Positions 61,155 through 64,000 of a DNA stretch of 64,000 nt are shown here, piece by piece; within the stretch, counting starts at the first letter, position 1; the number at the start of each line of letters is the position of its first letter. The position numbers were made by a program, and so were the translations under genes. The stretch lies in assembly GCA_951406725.2 (NCBI GenBank), contig OX597823.1, positions 117,056,001 through 117,120,000 of the forward strand, written 5' to 3'. Origin of the DNA: Octopus vulgaris. Its lineage: Eukaryota. The notes under the pieces are model-generated. The model was given only the letters and a program-made list of their open reading frames with translations. It was not told the origin of the DNA and searched no databases.

Positions 61155-62243
61155 ACAATAGCAGATAATAACTTTATTTATCAAAAATCTCTTCTATAAC
61201 GTTATTCACTAAAACCACCTTTAGCTTCTACAACTGCTTCTATATGAGATCCTAATCATCTTCATGCTCGAATCAAGTGGTTCTGGTTCATTTTGGACAT
61301 TACTCTGACTATGGCAGCTTTCAAAGAATCTTTGGTGTCATGGGTGTGTTCATTGACCACTCTCTCAACAACACTCCACATGTAATAGTCCAGTGGAATG
61401 AGACCTGGGGAATTAGGGGTTCTGTGATTGTGAAAATTTTCAGCCATCCATTCCTGTGTTACTAAAGCCATGTGTGATAGTTCTTACTGAAACACACATG
61501 GCCTTCCATTGCATACAGTTTTCTAACTAGGGCTTAACAATTATTTGCAGGACCTCAATATAGGTGGCAGAGTTAACTCGAAGGCCTTCATTGCTGACAA
61601 CCCCTAAAAGCATGACAGTTGCAGGAAACTTTGTATGCATAACACTTGGAACTTCAGAAGGATATGCACATAACCATCCATCATTTCTTCTGTTAACTTT
61701 TTGATCTTGGTCAAAGATTTTCTTGTTTGAGAATAACCAAATCAAATATTCTGCTGATTTTTCAGTTTGTTTAAAAGCCTTTTAGATCTGATGTAGTGAT
61801 TTTCTTTTGCTTTCTGATGTCTTCATGGACAACATTTCTGACTATTCTTCCTGACACATGGAGATCTTTTGCAGTTGACCTCATGGACTTTCTAGGATTG
61901 TAATAAATGATCTGTTGAACTTACTAGATAAATTCAGGTATTCTGATGATTTCAGAAAGTTTAGAATGCTTTTTATGCTTTGATACCGGTGATATGTTTC
62001 CATCTTCAGTCTCTAGCTCCTTACAAACTTTGTAGACGAAAGATCTGGTAACTTTTAAAAACCAAGCTATTTCTAAATAACTATGCTCAGCCTTTACAAC
62101 CACATTATCAGCATACCTCTTCATTTTTTGAGTAAGCTGAGGGTCTGCCGTTATTTTTTTCTGAAACACAGATTATACAGAGTTAGCAAAAAATGCAGCA
62201 ATGACCCCCAAATGGTATGCCCTCAAATATCTTATGCATCCTG
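61155..62243 (-). mobile_element. Decayed DD37D/maT-like mariner
   Basis: N-terminal HTH-like SYLEIAWFLKVTRSFVYKV; NRRNDGWL..TKFPATVMLLGVVSNEG; PNSPGLIPLDYYMWS; TA|CAGGATGCAT TIR at 62243; other end not seen. Confidence 0.75.
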
Positions 62244-62339
62244 TATATAATATACCTGTATTTATATTTATATTCAATTGAAGCCTTCCAGAATCTAGGG
62301 ATCCATCTCTGAAGACAGCCTCCTAGATACTCAAAAGTG

Positions 62340-63175
62340 TTTTGAGTTTTTCATATGTCTATCCTTGAGCAGGTATAAACATAACTATGGTCTTCTTTTG
62401 GCTTATTGCAAATCCAAAAGCAAAGCAAGTACCAAAAGAGAGGCTTATTATTTTCTGAATATCCTGTTCTGATTAAGAGACAAAAGCACACAATTGTCAA
62501 CTTACAACAATTTCAAACAAGAGTAATAAAGGCCTTTTGTTTTGCTTTGAAATGTTTCAGATTCGATAGTTTACTTGCTGTGAACAAAGATACCTAGATC
62601 GCAATCTTTGAACCATGAGCGATCACCACTTTGACAAATATGGAGAACAAAGTTAGCAAGGATATATTATCCTGTTTAATACCATTGAATCAGTTCCAAA
62701 AGAGCGCCATTTGATTTGAAGCAGCCCTTCATAACAGTGAGAAACACATCAACAAATATAGGTGGGCACCCACAACTTTCCCATGATTCTCTGCAATGCA
62801 CTTCGATTCACTAAGTCAAAATCTTTTGCTTGTTCAAAAGAATCTTGGTAAAGTGGGCGTCTCTGCTCTATACAATTCTCCTGCACCAACCCAACACTAA
62901 AGATCATATCTATCATCTCTCACAACCAGATCTAAATCTACACCGAGATGTCAGGAAATCCCTGGAGCATATGTATGACTGTAACCAGTTCAATTAAATT
63001 CTGGTGAATATTTTGCCAACAATTTCAAGTAAGGAAATATGAAAGTTGGATTCTTTACTGTTTATGGTAAAATCTGTATAGCATCCCTCCAGTCCTGTGG
63101 AAGAAGTGAGTCATTCCACACATTGGCAAATAATGTGGTTACAAGATCAGCCACTACATCCTTACCATCTGTAAT
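62340..63175 (-). pseudogene. Decayed RTE (BovB-like) reverse transcriptase fragment
   Basis: LPQDWRDA..LEIVGKIFTRI..FRSG..DMIF..VQENCIEQ..DFDLVNR..LSNLKHFKAK, with many stops and frameshifts. Confidence 0.65.
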
Positions 63176-63440
63176 AATATGCACACACATGTGCATGCAT
63201 ATGTGTGTGCATAATTATGTTCCTCTGCTTTTGAAGACCAGTGGAATAAAATATTTTGATTCAAAAATATGTAAGCATACACAACAAGAAGGTCACCCTG
63301 CCATAAAGTTCTGACTCAACTCCAAATACAACTCATGCTAGCATGGAAAAATGGTTGCTATATATATACATATTTATATCTATACATACACACATATATA
63401 TGCATATTTATATCTATACATGCATACATATATATATATA

Positions 63441-63725
63441 TTATGTGCCCTTTTCAAGCCTAGCCAGGCTCATGTGCTCGGTTTCCTGGTTTTTGTGACG
63501 TATGTGTTCCCCCCAGCTGGACAGGACACCAGTCCATCGCAGCGTTACTCAAGAAACAGGAAGAGTACAACAGGGCGAAAGAGTACAACAGGGGTTGCCA
63601 CCACCCCCTGCCAGAGCCTCGTGGAACTTTTAGGTGTTTTCACTCAATAAACACACAACACCTGGTCTGGGAATCGAAACCACGATCCTCCGACCATGAG
63701 TCCGCTGCCCTAACCACTGGGCCTC

Positions 63726-63726
<1 letters not shown>
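63441..63726 (-). mobile_element. SINE-E
   Basis: Reverse complement of 29872-30176. Confidence 0.8.
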
Positions 63727-63774
<48 letters not shown>

Positions 63775-63778
<4 letters not shown>

Positions 63779-64000
63779 CTTCTTCATCCCCGTCTGTCTT
63801 GATAGACAATGGGTTGCGCCAAGGGTGGGGCCTACTTTGATGATGTGCAGCGTCTGCTGTGACTGAACAGTCCAATTCTAGAGTGGCAGTCCTTGGTACA
63901 GTTGCTGCACACGAACATCGATGGGTACGTGTGGGGTGTTGCTGCAGTTGTCCTCCTGTCCTGCCTGTCCAACCACAGCTGTGCTCTCCTCTCCTCAGCC
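63775..64000 (-). mobile_element. RTE LINE 3' end (runs off the window)
   Basis: ..MFVCSNCTKDCHSRIGLFSHSRRCTSSK* (stop 63832-63834) then CCATTGTCTATCAAGAC and a short GAA tail. Confidence 0.8.

Overview
AT-rich, microsatellite-dense animal genomic DNA with no host protein-coding exon that I can support. The repeat landscape (several tRNA-headed SINE families, RTE LINE tails, abundant (TA)n/(CA)n/(ATT)n tracts) looks like octopus/cephalopod intronic or intergenic sequence; this taxonomic call is inference, not a database result. Most long ORFs in the supplied track are microsatellite artefacts. Recognisable remnants are RTE-clade LINEs (one 5'-truncated copy has a complete C4HC3 PHD-type finger inside its RT region), a CR1-type RT fragment, an R4/NeSL-type restriction-like endonuclease remnant, a Penelope-like GIY-YIG remnant, three decayed DD37D (maT-like) mariners, a hAT/Buster remnant, non-autonomous Helitrons, a Helentron-type element and piggyBac-like MITEs. 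The most unusual signal is a set of about eight hammerhead-ribozyme (HHR)-like motifs and seven long fold-back palindromes, many beside (TA)n tracts. One type I hammerhead has a fully intact core (60085-60162) and sits in a ~1.4-mer direct-repeat unit resembling a retrozyme or Penelope pseudo-LTR. SINE-A/B/E/F and family D are my own working labels. All structures were read by eye, and repeat boundaries are approximate unless a TSD or TIR is quoted.
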